DNA of 64,000 nt, taken from the NCBI RefSeq assembly GCF_026571515.1, contig NW_026865143.1, positions 1 through 64,000 of the forward strand, given 5' to 3'. The notes under the pieces were generated by a model. The model was not told the DNA's origin, did no database searches, and saw nothing but the letters and a program-made list of their open reading frames with translations. The first letter of the stretch is position 1, and each line of letters begins with the position of its first letter. Of the stretch, positions 25,809 to 38,943 are shown piece by piece. This stretch comes from Ruditapes philippinarum. Its lineage: Eukaryota. Made by a program: the position numbers and the translations under genes.

Positions 25809-25989
25809 GTCTGTCCGAATTGTGTTCAAGTTCCCAGAAGAGTTGTCTTTTTAAGTACTCAATATTTCTGAATTATCTGACATTGTCAATCGGTATTTCA
25901 AAGTGATTAAGTAGAATACTTCTCACTGGCGAAAAATCACAATTTTCTATCTCATATCCGACCTAAAATAAGGTAAATAATATTAATGA

Positions 25990-26085
25990 AATCCATGCGT
26001 AACGGGCGCAGCCATTTTGAAAATATATCTAATTCCCGTAATGTAGGAGGTAGGCGGTCCGAGCCATTTCCGGAATATTCCGACA
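25990..26085. promoter_or_regulatory. candidate WRAP53 promoter (possibly bidirectional)
   Basis: Local GC/CpG-rich patch with a YY1-like GCCATTTT and an ETS-like TTCCGGAA just upstream of exon 1. Confidence 0.45.
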
Positions 26086-28040
26086 ATAACATTAATTAAT
26101 TATATTAAATTATTTTTATCACTGCAGCTAGTTTATATCAATGTTATCGGCGTGTCAATTCTGAAACCTTTCATACACCTCAAAGTAAATACATATTCAT
26201 GATAGACATTATTTCTACTCGGCTACATGATGAAAATATAAAAGATTGTTAAATTAGTTCATTACAAAACTATAGAAACATGGTCAAACACCTTTATTTA
26301 TCACAAGAATCGTGGCAAATTGTTATAATTGTATTGTAATATATTTATATTTTGCAAATATATTGTTTTATTAATAAATATCGTAAATATTTGCAGAATT
26401 TATTTGTTGTGTCTGCGTCAATCTATATTAAATGCCACCTACAAGCTTTAGTAACTGCTAACTTGCTTACGTCGTCAAAAAGATCCAATGTTTCACATTG
26501 TAAATATTCTATAAAAGCCATTTGACAAAGTTAACAAAAGGACAAACAAATTACCAAAAGAGCAGACCTTGAAGTTTGTAACATCAGATTGGTCATAATT
26601 ACCATGTCATAATTCGCATAAGTGGTAATATTTGTAAAGACTCTTTGGTATATTATGTCTCAAATGTTAAACTTATATCGAAAATTCAACAAACGTGTAT
26701 TTATGCAATTTGTATTGCCAAACAAGAAAGGTTAAATCTTTAAAATAGTTTTAATTATTCGCATTTTACAGCAATTAGTCTTACACTTCAACTAAAGGTA
26801 AGAGTTTTTCTTTTCTTTTTATTTCATGACACAGCACGAGAATTCATCAAAAAAAATTCGTCATTGTGAAACAATTTATTCAGCTTGTAATAAGATGATA
26901 GTTTCAAGTTTTTATTGTTGTTTTTTTTTTTTAAAAAGATTTCCAGAAACAGAGTTTTATCTCTATAGGAAAAGAAGGCGATGAATGCGAAAAAGTTTCA
27001 GTCTTTTGAATATTTAATTAGTCAGTATTGTGTTTCAACATTAAACGTTCAGTGTAAAAAACAACAACAAGACGTTTGCAAGACGATATGTGTAATTATT
27101 CCCAAAATTTTCAGAACTTTATTCATGTACACACATGACAATATGAGCTATAGCATACATACATACAGTACATAAAGAGGCGTAGCATATTAAACATGAA
27201 AATGATGATACTAATACAATGTAATAAAAAAATACAAATCATCTTAATGCAATAATGATGACAATGAACAGATATGTAGGAATGTTATCTATTCTCAGTT
27301 TTATGATTATTTCCTTAACAAATAAACAAAAATATATTTGTATTCACTATAATGATTTATATTCATATTCATAATAGATATAAAAGTTGATATATTTGGA
27401 TGTCCTAAAAATCGTTCAGCACGACATTACTGTTATGTTTGTGGTACTTTTAGTTGTCACTTTTCGGCTTTCAATAGTTGGGTGGATCTATTATTCCTAC
27501 TTGAATAATGTTGAATCACCCTAAAGATATGTTGCCTGCTTTTTGTATTTTCTGATCGCAGATCAAGAAATACAATGCTGATATTCAATCTCTGGCACAG
27601 AATTTCACGACAAATCTAACAAAAAGTAGTTTTCAAAACAGTTTAAAACTATCGATGTAAAAGAAAGAAATACAATGTAGTTTTATTAACAAATAACAAA
27701 GCATTCAAAGTTAAAAAAGTTAAAAAAGTAGCATTGGCTTATAGAATTGTCAATAAATGCATCATCACAAATTACGCGGATGAATATCATGTTTATCAAT
27801 GAAAATGCTTTTTTTAGCGATGTCGATTACCGAATACATCAGAGCATAGTGACTCTCGATTAGTGGAGTTGATACATGTCGGACTGTTTTGGCGAGAAGA
27901 TTTCCGCTAAATTACTTACTTCAGTGTTAAACAACAGGTTTATCGTGAACAAAATACCTCGAAATTAATAAGGATAACAAACCCGAAATGGAAATTCTAA
28001 ATTTAGAATTATGTGATTCTATTCAGGCTTTCTTCGTATA

Positions 28041-28113
28041 ACTTCCCGTGGTGCAGAGGTAACGTGCTCGTTTAGGGTGGGAGAGGTCAGGGGTTCAAGT
28101 CCCAGTCAGGCAA
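28041..28113 (+). pseudogene. tRNA-Pro(AGG)-like relic or SINE head
   Basis: A box tggtgcagaggt, anticodon arm ctcgt-ttAGGgt-gggag, B box ggttcaagtcc, then a T run. The acceptor stem pairs poorly. Confidence 0.55.
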
Positions 28114-28599
28114 CTTTTTTTTTTCTTATTGATTAGTGTCTTTTTTAAGGTAGTAGCCACGATATGCAAGTGTGGCTGTCATAAAAATGAGCATGAATGA
28201 TTTTTTGATGCAGCTCTAGTCATGCAAAATTCCGTATGTATCAAACTTAAACTGTTATAGTAAAACATCTAAATGCAGTCACTGCATATCGGTGCCCAGC
28301 AAGATGACTTATAGTATATTAAAATAAACTTATACAGGAAAATACATACAGATATACAGTACGATTAAGTTTGCAAAAATCAGAAAATACCACAGAGCTT
28401 GCAGCCCATTGATTACATTTGTCTTTTGACGTCTTGTCTGTGATATACAGACTTCATAACCGCTGATCCCCCTCTCAAAATTCTATTTAATTTAGTTCCG
28501 CCCAATGTTTTCTCATTTAGGGCACACACATTCTTTCACTTGGGGCCATACGCCACTTTTAATGTCAGTCATTATTAATTAAATCTGACAAATTTTGCT

Positions 28600-28935
28600 T
28601 CACATTAGCAACCAACCACTTACGATTAGGAAACATCTAATAGGTCCATACATTAGGTTTTCCACATTTAACAAGTACATTTTTGATATTACTCCACAAA
28701 AATGTTTGTCTATTAACATTGCTACTTGTATTATAAGATTCAGGAGCTATTTATAAAATGTCATACGCCATACAATTTGGTGTACTAGATTTAAGGTAAC
28801 ATGTCTGTTCATATATTTCAATTATACCCTATCAAGTAATTATACTGTTATAACCATATCCCCGGCATTCACAACCGTACAATAAAATTGGTTTAACAAG
28901 TTTATCAAACAAATCTATTATCTCCGTATAGCTAT
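28600..28935 (-). mobile_element. LINE ORF2 relic, duplicate of 45390-45790
   Basis: gattaggaaacatctaataggtcc and gtgtactagatttaagg are shared with the 45.4-45.8 kb relic. Confidence 0.65.
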
Positions 28936-29349
28936 CAGAGCCCAAGGTTAAAATTTCATTTAACAAACTGGGAATTTACGTATAGCAAAATCGTTCAATG
29001 CACAAAATGCACAGACTAGATAGTATGCATATTAGAAGCAGTTAATGATGCATGAAGAACCCCTTTTCTGTTAAGAATGTCTGATTCGACAAAAATGGCG
29101 TTTCATGACATAAATGTATGTGATATTTGTAGATAAAATGAAATTATGGAAGACTTGTTAAGTAAGTCTATAGCTTAAAGATTTTGGACTGGTTCAAACA
29201 ATATTAAAAGAGAAAGTATGGAAAATTTTAGCAAGAAATTAACTAAAGTCGACGGTTATTATGATATTATGACAAACCAGCTAAACATAACAGATCAACA
29301 TTAAAAAAGGAGACAAAAAATGAATAAAAAGAATAAAATAAAAAACAAA

Positions 29350-30090
29350 TGACGAGATGAATGTTGTGCTGAATGTCTATCCAGTTTCGAACCCCAGCTC
29401 GACGTTCGAAAAGGAGACAAAAAAAATAAATAAATAAATAAAAACGAATGAACGAATGTCGACCTAAATGTTGTGCTGAATGTTGAGCCAGCTTCACATC
29501 CTACTCGACATTCAAATCTGTGACAAAGACGAATGTCGAGCTGAATGTTGTGCTGAATGTTTAGCCAGCTTCAGATACTAGCTTGACGTTCAAACGGAAA
29601 ACACACAATAATGTCGACCTGAATGTTGCGCTGAATGTCTAGCCAGATTCACATTCCAACTTGACATTTGAAAATGAGACAGAAATGAATGTCGAGATGA
29701 CTGTTGTTCTGATGTCTAGCCAACTTCACATCCTAGTGGCAGGTCGGCATTCAAAAAGAGGACACAAAACTAAAGTCGAGCTGAATGTTATGCTAAATGC
29801 CTAGCCAGATTCACATTCCAGCTCGACAATCGAAAAGGAAACACAAAACTAATTTCGAGCTGAATGTTGTGCTGAATGTTTATCCAGCTTCACATCCCAG
29901 CTCGACATTCGAAAAAACACACAAAAAAAAACAAACAAACCAAAAACATTTCTAGTAATTACTAATGTCTCTAGCTCAACGGTGATAAATCGAATGTCGA
30001 CCTGAATGTTTTGCTGAATGTTTTTTAAGCTTCCAATCCCATCTCAAAATCGATAAATCGGATGTTGAGCTAAATGTTTAATGTCGATCT
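29350..30090. repeat. degenerate ~78-80-bp tandem repeat (~9 copies)
   Basis: gaatgtcgagctgaatgttgtgctgaatgtctagccagcttcacatcc recurs. Confidence 0.85.
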
Positions 30091-30164
30091 ATTTGCCAAC
30101 TTAATGGACTTCTTAAGTGTATGTTTCAGGTCTGTACAAAAAGATTGACTGAATGAGCTATTAT

Positions 30165-30424
30165 GTACGTCGGTCGTTGACTTCAAACCACTTGCCCCTT
30201 AAAGCTGTGGGTTCGAATTCCGACAGTGACTTTGGATTCTTTCATGTGAGGAAACTATCCAGCTAGTTTACGGAACGTCGGTGGTTCTACTCAAGTTCCC
30301 CGTTCGTGCCCGAATTAATGCACGGATGGGCACCTAAGGTCTTCCTTCACCAGTAAAGCTGGAACGTCGCGATATGACCTATACAGTGTCGATGTGACGT
30401 AAAACCCAATCAAACAAACAAAAC
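30165..30424 (+). mobile_element. tRNA-derived SINE
   Basis: B box ggttcgaattcc, core ctatccagctag..tacggaacgtcggtggttctactc, AAAC-type tail. Other copies occur in the window. Confidence 0.8.
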
Positions 30425-31420
30425 AAGACTATAATGTACGTCAAATGGCGGTCAATTTGAAAATGACAGCCATCTTGAAAGAGCAGATATAACTTTGGGC
30501 CCACTTCTCTTTCGAAATTTTCATGGTCTAAAAATGATTTCCTAAAAGTTTCATGCTTGTATCACCATTTGCACAGACCTTTTTCCCGCCCCAATAATAG
30601 TATACGTTGTTCTGTATAATACTGATTTCTTTTCTGTACAACTAGTACACAGAAGTCAAACCTTTTTAGTGGACGAGACGCTATCCTGGTCTTAAATAGG
30701 ATTTGCGCATAAGAACTCTTCATATTAGTGCAAAAGAATAGTTTTTGTGCTCAAAAAGTCTAATTACACCATATTATTGCATCCTACTATTTTAATTTAC
30801 TTTTTCATTGCACAGTGTTTCTTCTAGTGCAATAAGGGCTCGATATCGGCTTTTTGGACTCTGAAAATGAGAAAGAGGCCAGTGATATAGTATTGATGTC
30901 TTGGACTCGGAAAATGAAAATGGGGCTAGATATTGAGTACCATAAAGAAGTGATATGACATTTTTGGCTGGTGAAATAAATACAAGGCTAAATTGATAAA
31001 GTTTTGATCCAATAATTTGCATGCTTTCCGTTCACATAATTCCTGTCATTCAATATTGTAAGGTACCAAAAAGTGGTCGTTTGATTTCATTTGATGTCTT
31101 ATACAAAGATGGTTTTAAAGTGTGCACTTTTATATCATTATATAAGTTAAGCGAAAGTGTTTGCTTTATTTTAAAACATATTCCATACCTATTTGGACAT
31201 TCACAATAACTTGCATACAAAGATGTAATAATAAAAATATTTCCATGCGTTCTTGTTTCGCTGCATTGGTGCAATTATGTTGTACTGGTAGCTTAATTAA
31301 AACAAATTATTGAACGATACTGCCAGTATCATGATGGCAAATACTAAGTACCAACTTAGTATAAATTGTTCAGTTTTTTCATCAATATTTAATATGTTTC
31401 TATTCTATTTATATTCCAGA

Positions 31421-32251
31421 ATGGCTCAAAATAGGAAAAAAGTAATTTTGGTAGGGAAAATTGGTAACGGAAAAAGTTCACTGGGTAATAATCTACTTCG
31501 AAAGAATTATTTTTCCGAAGGGAGTGGATTCAATGCTATGACAACGAAATGTCAATTGGAGAAACGTGGACAATTTGAAATTGTTGATACGCCAGGACTT
31601 TTCGACACCAGTCAAAACCGAAATGTTGCTCGACAAGCCGAAAAAATCCTAGATGCTTTGAAACTTTGCCCGGCACCGCATGCCTTTTTAATAGTAATCA
31701 GATACAGTAGATTTACGGCTAAGGAAGTTACTGCTTTGGATGTGTTGCCAATAACATTCGGAGAGCAATATTTTGATCATGCCATTGTCGTCGTTACTCA
31801 TGTAGACAATGATGTAACTGACGCCGATTTTAGGAACGCTTGCCGTGAATCACACAAGGTGAATGAGTTACTGAAACGCTGTGGGAAACGGGTTGTTAGA
31901 ATCGATAATATGCAACCGAAAGATAAGAATATCAGTATTCTACTCCGGTACATAGATCAAGTATCGAAATATGGAACAGCATGCTTCAAAAATGATTATC
32001 TAAGCTGCCACGAGGAAGTGTTAAGAAGACATGCTGATCATTATGGGTACGACAGAAGGCTTGTCCATGAACAGGTTGAAATTATAGCAAAGGAAATAAG
32101 AACATTGATAGAAAAAGAAAAAAAAGAAAGGGAAGAAAAAGAAAAAAAGGAAGATCAAAGTGAAAAAGAACAGGACTACCATTGTATAGTAAAAAACAGT
32201 TTAATTTTTGGTGCAGGATTTACATGTGGCATAATATTTTCTAAATTGTAA
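31421..32251 (+). CDS. GIMAP/AIG1-family GTPase (GTPase IMAP family member-like), 276 aa
   Basis: G1 GKIGNGKS, G3 IVDTPGLFDT, conserved box PHAFLIV..RFT, G4 THVD, a coiled coil and a hydrophobic tail. The ATG follows a ttccag acceptor. Confidence 0.92.
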   Translation: MAQNRKKVILVGKIGNGKSSLGNNLLRKNYFSEGSGFNAMTTKCQLEKRGQFEIVDTPGLFDTSQNRNVARQAEKILDALKLCPAPHAFLIVIRYSRFTAKEVTALDVLPITFGEQYFDHAIVVVTHVDNDVTDADFRNACRESHKVNELLKRCGKRVVRIDNMQPKDKNISILLRYIDQVSKYGTACFKNDYLSCHEEVLRRHADHYGYDRRLVHEQVEIIAKEIRTLIEKEKKEREEKEKKEDQSEKEQDYHCIVKNSLIFGAGFTCGIIFSKL

Positions 32252-32896
32252 AATTAACAGTCCTTAATTTAGTAAACCAATAGATGTACAAGTAATAAGT
32301 ACACTATTTAAATACTGACACTCATTTTTTAAGAAACCGAAAATACAAACTTTATACCTGTTGACGATAATTATTTCGGTTATGATTGTAATTGGTTGAC
32401 AATGGGAATTATTTTACTGTTTCTAATTATCAGAATTATATTTTCAATTATAATTTACCGCAAATGGCAAATGACTTACCTTCCATTCATAAATACATTC
32501 ATTACACATTATACAAAGATTACACCTTTAATTTTGTTTCTTAATTACGATATCGGAAGTCTCATGAAGTCCTTTGTCCTTTTGTCTTCCTCTACAATTC
32601 AGGTGCAATTTCGTGTGCCTCTGCCTTTTTATGTCAAACAGAAACCTCCTTTTGTGTATTCAGAAATATGAAAAACAAGTACAGAGAAGCAATAATGAAC
32701 ACTTTTAGTGGTACGTTGGTTTGGTTCGATGTAATGAAATAACATCCCATTTACAAATCTATTATAAAGACAGTGAAACGGCTGACTGACAAAAGGAAGC
32801 TTTGAAATTGGAATACGTATGAGGAGGTTCCTGTTGTACGACATTGCAGATCTTGAAGGACATGGTGCCATGGAACAAGAGGAAGACTCCGATTGA

Positions 32897-33137
32897 TATG
32901 AGCCGCGCCACGACAAAACCAACATAATGGGTTTGCGACCAGCATTGATCCAGATCAGCCTGTGCATCCGCGCAGTCTGAAGAGGATCCATGCTGTTCGC
33001 TTACAAACCCTATTACAAGTAGAGAAACTGATAGCGAACAGCATGGATCCTGATCAGACTGCGCGGATGCGCAGGCTGGTCTGGATCCATGCTGGTCGCA
33101 AAGCCATTATGTTAGTTTTGTCGTGACGCGGCTCATA
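32897..33137. mobile_element. MITE with long TIRs (copy 2, spacer opposite in orientation to copy 1)
   Basis: Same family as 3693-3934. Confidence 0.85.
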
Positions 33138-33599
33138 CGTAAAATCTCGTTTCAGAAACTTAAAGTTGCAATGAGACGCATATTTCTGAAAAGCAATGAG
33201 ACGCATATTTCTGAAAATAATCATTTTGAATGCAATAAGAAAAATGATTACAAGCGTTCATTTTCGTTTATAAACATAATCTTAAAATAAATTGACGTTG
33301 TCCTCGAAATAAACAAAGTGAAAAACGAAAGCATGTATATATGCAAAAATAGAACTATAATAAAGCGGTAGATGAGCGTTACTCGACTCAAACATTACTT
33401 TAATCATACTAAATATTTAATTGTATTTACTTTAGTTGAATAAATGCTTAGCAGTAAACTTGAGAAATGTATGGAAATATTTACACTGTTGCATGTTACT
33501 GTTTAGCATATTATCTCAATAAAAACAATGAAGCTATATTCTTTGCTGAATATATTTTTCGTCCTCGTTTTACTCTTATCTATTGACTTTTTATATCGG

Positions 33600-34070
33600 C
33601 GACGATTTTAAGACACTCGAAGACTTTCAGGAATCTTTGGTGCCAATGGAGGGTATGACATATTTTGACATCTTTTTATGAACCTTCCTGAGACCATTGT
33701 TATTTGTCGGCGACTTATTCTCGTACACTCGCAGACTTTCAGGAATCTTGGTGAAAATGGAGATTATGACTATTTGGACGTCTATAAACCTTCTGGAGAC
33801 CATTGTTCTGGCCTGCGACTGATTCTTGGACACTCGCAGACTTTCAGGACTCTTTGGTGCCAATAGAGATTATGACACTTTTAACATTTGGAAATCTTCT
33901 TGATACAATTATACTGGTCTGCGACTGAGCCTGAGGCACTCGCAGAATTTCAGAAATATTGGTGCCAAGGAGATAATGAAAAGTTTTAACGTCAATAACT
34001 CTTCTTGAGACATTGGTCTGTTACTTATTCTTGGACACTCGCAGAGTTTTATGAATAGTTGGTGCCTTAG
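33600..34070. repeat. degenerate ~105-bp tandem repeat (~4.5 copies)
   Basis: cactcgcagactttcagga..ttggtgcca recurs at about 33614, 33726, 33831, 33937 and 34036. Confidence 0.75.
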
Positions 34071-37000
34071 GAGTCCAGACTATAATCATCAGGAGTCCAT
34101 TGAACACATTTTTATCTCCCCTATTGCGCTGGTACAGTAACTTTGAGAGCAAAACAACCCATTTCCTCAAAATGTTTCCCATTTCTTAATTGTAGCAGTC
34201 TCACTTTTACTTTACTCGTTTAATCCCAATTGTTTTGCCAATCGAAACATCTCGGCCATTATCAATAATACAATAATAAGGCAAAAATAACCTCATTGAA
34301 AGTAGTTCTAACACGTTCTTTTAGATTTAAACAAACACAGAGGGTGTATCATTGATAATGTATAACGAATTGATATATATAACATCCAAAGGAAAATTAA
34401 TTATATCGGTAAAACTATGATTGAAGATATGTATGACAAGCGTAATCAATTTCAAAATGCCCACTTAAATCCTGAATATCATTAGGTAAATATTTTGTAC
34501 AAATCATAATCATAAGAATAAAATAATGTATCAATTACTTCTATATCTTTAGATACGCTCGTATACTTAATCTAGGTGGCCTTGTACCCGATATATTAAT
34601 ATGAATACTAGCATTCAATCACAATTTGTTTAAACGTTTAGTGTTTTAGCGTAGGTTAGACCGTATCCGTTTAGTGTTTACATACTACTGTGATCGAGGT
34701 TCTTCTCCAAAACTTGACGGAAAAGGCCGAGATGTTGCGATTGCGTATTCATCCCACTATTACAATACGTTTTATTATATAAATTTGTTGCAAAGTATTG
34801 TTGAAAGAATTGTCATTCCTAATTTATATTTGATTTCATATTTGCAGATAAATCTTTAGATAAATATCTTTTTAATTACTTGTTTAAACTTTAATGACAC
34901 ATTTGTCCGACATACCTTTTTGCACTACACAATGCAATTTTGCAGAAAAAATATTTAAAAATACATAATTCATAACGGAGGGGAAGAATTTATTAGAACA
35001 AACGGTAGACACGAGTTTCTATGAAATGCATTTTATATTGTCATAAAGGAGTATTAATCTATCCATGCGCAAATCGTTTTGCATCATCCGATATTTTCAG
35101 GAAAAAATATCTAAAAAATCAAAATTCTGGCATGAATTGGGGGAATCTAATTTTGTTATCTACATGCTAGCACAAACACAAAACATAAGTTTAATATAAT
35201 CAATTTTGTATAGTTCCATTCAGAAGATTGCAGATGCGGACAGATGGGCAATTAAGGGAACAAGCTGACTCCAGTAATACCGTCTTCAAACTGTGTTTGA
35301 CAGACTTGTTTTGTTCATTTTCTTTTTTACATTTTTCGTTTAATAGCTGTCATCCGACATTAGAAAGTACACAACGGTCTCTAAAATCGACCGTTGTCGT
35401 ACGACGCGTTTCTCACGCCAATTTGGGGTAAAAATGACACAAACATAAAGTAGTCCGCGTAGGGATGAAAATCTTATTTTTATAAAACACATTATATCTT
35501 TAAGTGATTAAACTGGTTTACTTATATAGCAGTGGTCTTAAAATTTAAAATAGAATTCATAGTTCGAAAGTGTTACTATTTATTTAGGTACTGAAACCGA
35601 TGGACTTTCACTAGACTAACAATAGACGAAATCAGATCTATTGCAAAGAATATTAAAATACAATAAACGAACAGCTAAATAAATTAAATAATATTATTAT
35701 CTGGCGTTTAAATTTCTTTGTTTGTCGCTTTACAATTGTATTGTTAAGTCCCTTCCGTGTTCAAGCCGCCATGTTGAAAACATAGTGCTTAGGGAGGTTT
35801 CACAAAGGTCAGTAAGAGCGGTGTCATAGTGTCTAACTGACCTGTGTACATAACGGTCATCCCATATTTCAATGCACTTTTCCGTTTTCAATAAGAAATC
35901 TTGACAATTTTTCCATAACCGAAAAAGTTGCAAATTTTCCATTATCGGAATCCCTCGCCGATTGTCAAATGCTTTTAATCAAAATGGCGACGTCGAAGAA
36001 AGGAAAGTGACATGACACTCAAAATTTTATTGTTACATGCAAAATTATATGTTTACTTTATTTTATTTCTTATTTGAATTATGATCGTTTGAAAAATAGA
36101 AGCGTAGACTAAAGCCAGTGTGATATTTAAGTCTGACGTACCCTGTTGAAAATTGACCCCATTACATAAGGGTCTTTCAAACTGAAAGATCCTGACCCGA
36201 TGGATCATTTTTCAATGTTGAGAACTGAACCTTGGTCATTTTTAAATGTTAACAATTGACCCTGTCAGCTATTAAACATTAAAGTTTTATTTAATTTTCA
36301 TCCAAAAGGTGTTGAGAAATTATCAGTTGTTAAATTTTGATCAAATAATTGTTATTTGTACTAACGCCTGTTCGTAGAAGAGAATCGCTTAGAACAAACA
36401 AATTCTCTCTCCGGCGTCACAAGCATAACATGACCAATCCTTGGCCCATGCAAACTACTTCGGCGAGATTGGCAAGCTAATTTGTATGTTTGAGAGGGAA
36501 TTGGTGTACGAAAGTTTAAGAAAATGATTCTATGTGGTCGAAGTCCGACATGCCCAACGAAAAGTTTTACATCCCTGCAATGTGGACCTAATTAAGGTAT
36601 GTTTTAGGTAACAAAAAATTTGCATTTTAATTTAAGACTTGTTTATCTATTCTGCTCAACATTTCGATATAACCCTTATAACATGTATAAAATCAACAGT
36701 TTCCTGTTAATATAATCTCTGCTACATCCACCCCATCGCACATTGCTTCTAACCTTTCTTTAGTGATAAGGGAAACTAACCGTTAAGGATACATATCTCT
36801 TCGGACATCAGTTACTTCCCTTGATCAATAAAGAAAAGTTTATATTTCAATTTAATTAACACTGCTGTTGTAAATCCTTACGTTAATGTTCATTCTAAAA
36901 GGGTTAGATGTGTTTTAACTAGTGTGATATTTTTCTTGAAAAACAAAATTAATAACAGTTGAAGTCAGTCACTCTTATAATAGCAGGCGACCTTTTTTGA

Positions 37001-38898
37001 TACCGGAAAACATAAACAAATAATGCATGTATACATTATATTGCAATGATATATACTACGCCATCGCGAACTTACATAATGCTCCCAATCGACTGTTTTT
37101 TTGTTGTTGTAACATCCCGTGGACTCAAGATAAAATATGTTTTTTATTCAAAATCTGAGACTTCGTTTGATTATCAAATAAATAATGAAGCAAAAAAAAA
37201 TTGGCTGTAGTTATTGATTTATATTAAAAAAAAAAAACGTTTAAAGGTTTACTGCCAAGCTTAGTCCTGAAAATGGGATAATTTATTTTTCGTCTAAATG
37301 CTCCCACTCGGACTCCCAAACAAAATTTATTTTGTTTTCAGGCTTGTCTGACCATGTTTGAACAGTTTTCTATGGGGTCATTTTTTCTAGCGTGGGTCAG
37401 TTATTAAATAACGGGAAGGAGCCAATTTGCAAAGTCGAAAATTTATCAAAACCCGTTCAAAATTACCCATGGGGTCAATTTTCAACGGGGTCTAAATTTA
37501 ATGTTTCACCGGCAAGCGAAAGCCGAACTTTCAAGTATAAATACTTTGAAAACGTTATTCAGATCAATAAATAAGGGAATACTGTTAACCGACCTTAACG
37601 ATTCTACCAGGATTGACAAACGTCAATAGATCCACTATTTAACATTCTGAATATTTTTTAAAGGCTGTTAACAATTTGCCAATAAAGCGGACCTTGAAAT
37701 TGGTCATATAACACATTGATTCACGATTCGCATAATAGGTGTGCTTTTATAAATCTTATGTAACCTACGTATAAAATATAAACTTAATATCGGTAGTTTA
37801 ACAAACGTATATTTACTTTATTATATTATCAAATAAGGAACTCGTTTGGACATTTATTTCTACATGTTAATACGTTAAAACAGTTTCAATTATTCGTACT
37901 CCTTAACAACCATTCCTACAAGGGAACACAAGGTAAGAGGTTTTTCTCCTGTTTATTTCATTAGAGAGCACTATAAATCATCAAGAAAGTTCGTCATAGT
38001 AAAATAATATCTTCATATAGGCAATGCGACAGTTTCAAGTTTTAGTTTTTTAACTTTTCCAAAACAGAAAGCACAATTTTAAGTGACTTTTTAAACAATC
38101 GCTGTACATGTATTTGCTTTAATATAATAGCATAAAATGCAATGAAAATGTTTTAGTCTTTTGAACACTTAATTTGTCAAAAAGTCTTTGTAAAATAAAA
38201 AAAAAAAAACGTTTGCAAGACGGTATGTGTAATGATTGTCCGCTATAACGGCCCCACGTTTTGAAGAAATATTATAATTTCAATTAACAAAAGGGAAATT
38301 TATGTATAAGTCAATCATTCAATGCACATAATGTACAAACTAGATGGTTTATTATGAGAAGAAGTTAATCAGGCAATTTTTATTGGACCCTTTTCTGTTA
38401 ATTTTGTCTGATTCATAAATGTATGTTATGATTGTTTATAAAATAAAATTTTCACGATGCAAGTCTGGACATGAGCAATGGTCCGTTGGTCCGAAAGGAC
38501 TAGCTATTTTAGCAATCAACTTGACACTTAAATTTTCTGAGCTTGTTGGAAAACTTGTTATTTATTTAAGAAAAAATATAACGCATACAGTGATTTTATC
38601 GCTAAATAAAATAACTGTTTTTAGTTGGATGCGAGGAACTATATCAAGAGGGCGTAGCCCGAGTGATTTAAAAAGGTATTTTTCTTTTTATTGATACACT
38701 CAGCATATTTACATATGATAAGAGGTGTACAATAATATATAAACAAAATTAATAAATGTGTAATCAGGTTGTGTATACAAATTAAATGAACTACAGTAGT
38801 TTTAAAAAGGTATTTATAACTACAATATTTCATAACATACAATGTAACTATGTCATTGTGTACATGCTATATTTTGCAAAATAGAAAAATATTTATAG

Positions 38899-38936
<38 letters not shown>

Positions 38937-38943
38937 AATGTGA

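Noticed and set aside
31310-31420. N-terminal extensions of the GIMAP ORFs (also 61924-61971)
   Set aside because: Both paralogues have a pyrimidine-rich AG acceptor immediately before MAQN, so the upstream in-frame sequence is probably intron.
38899-38935. Poly(A) tail of the LINE
   Set aside because: The LINE is on the minus strand, so this run is poly(T) in its 3' UTR just after the ORF2 stop.
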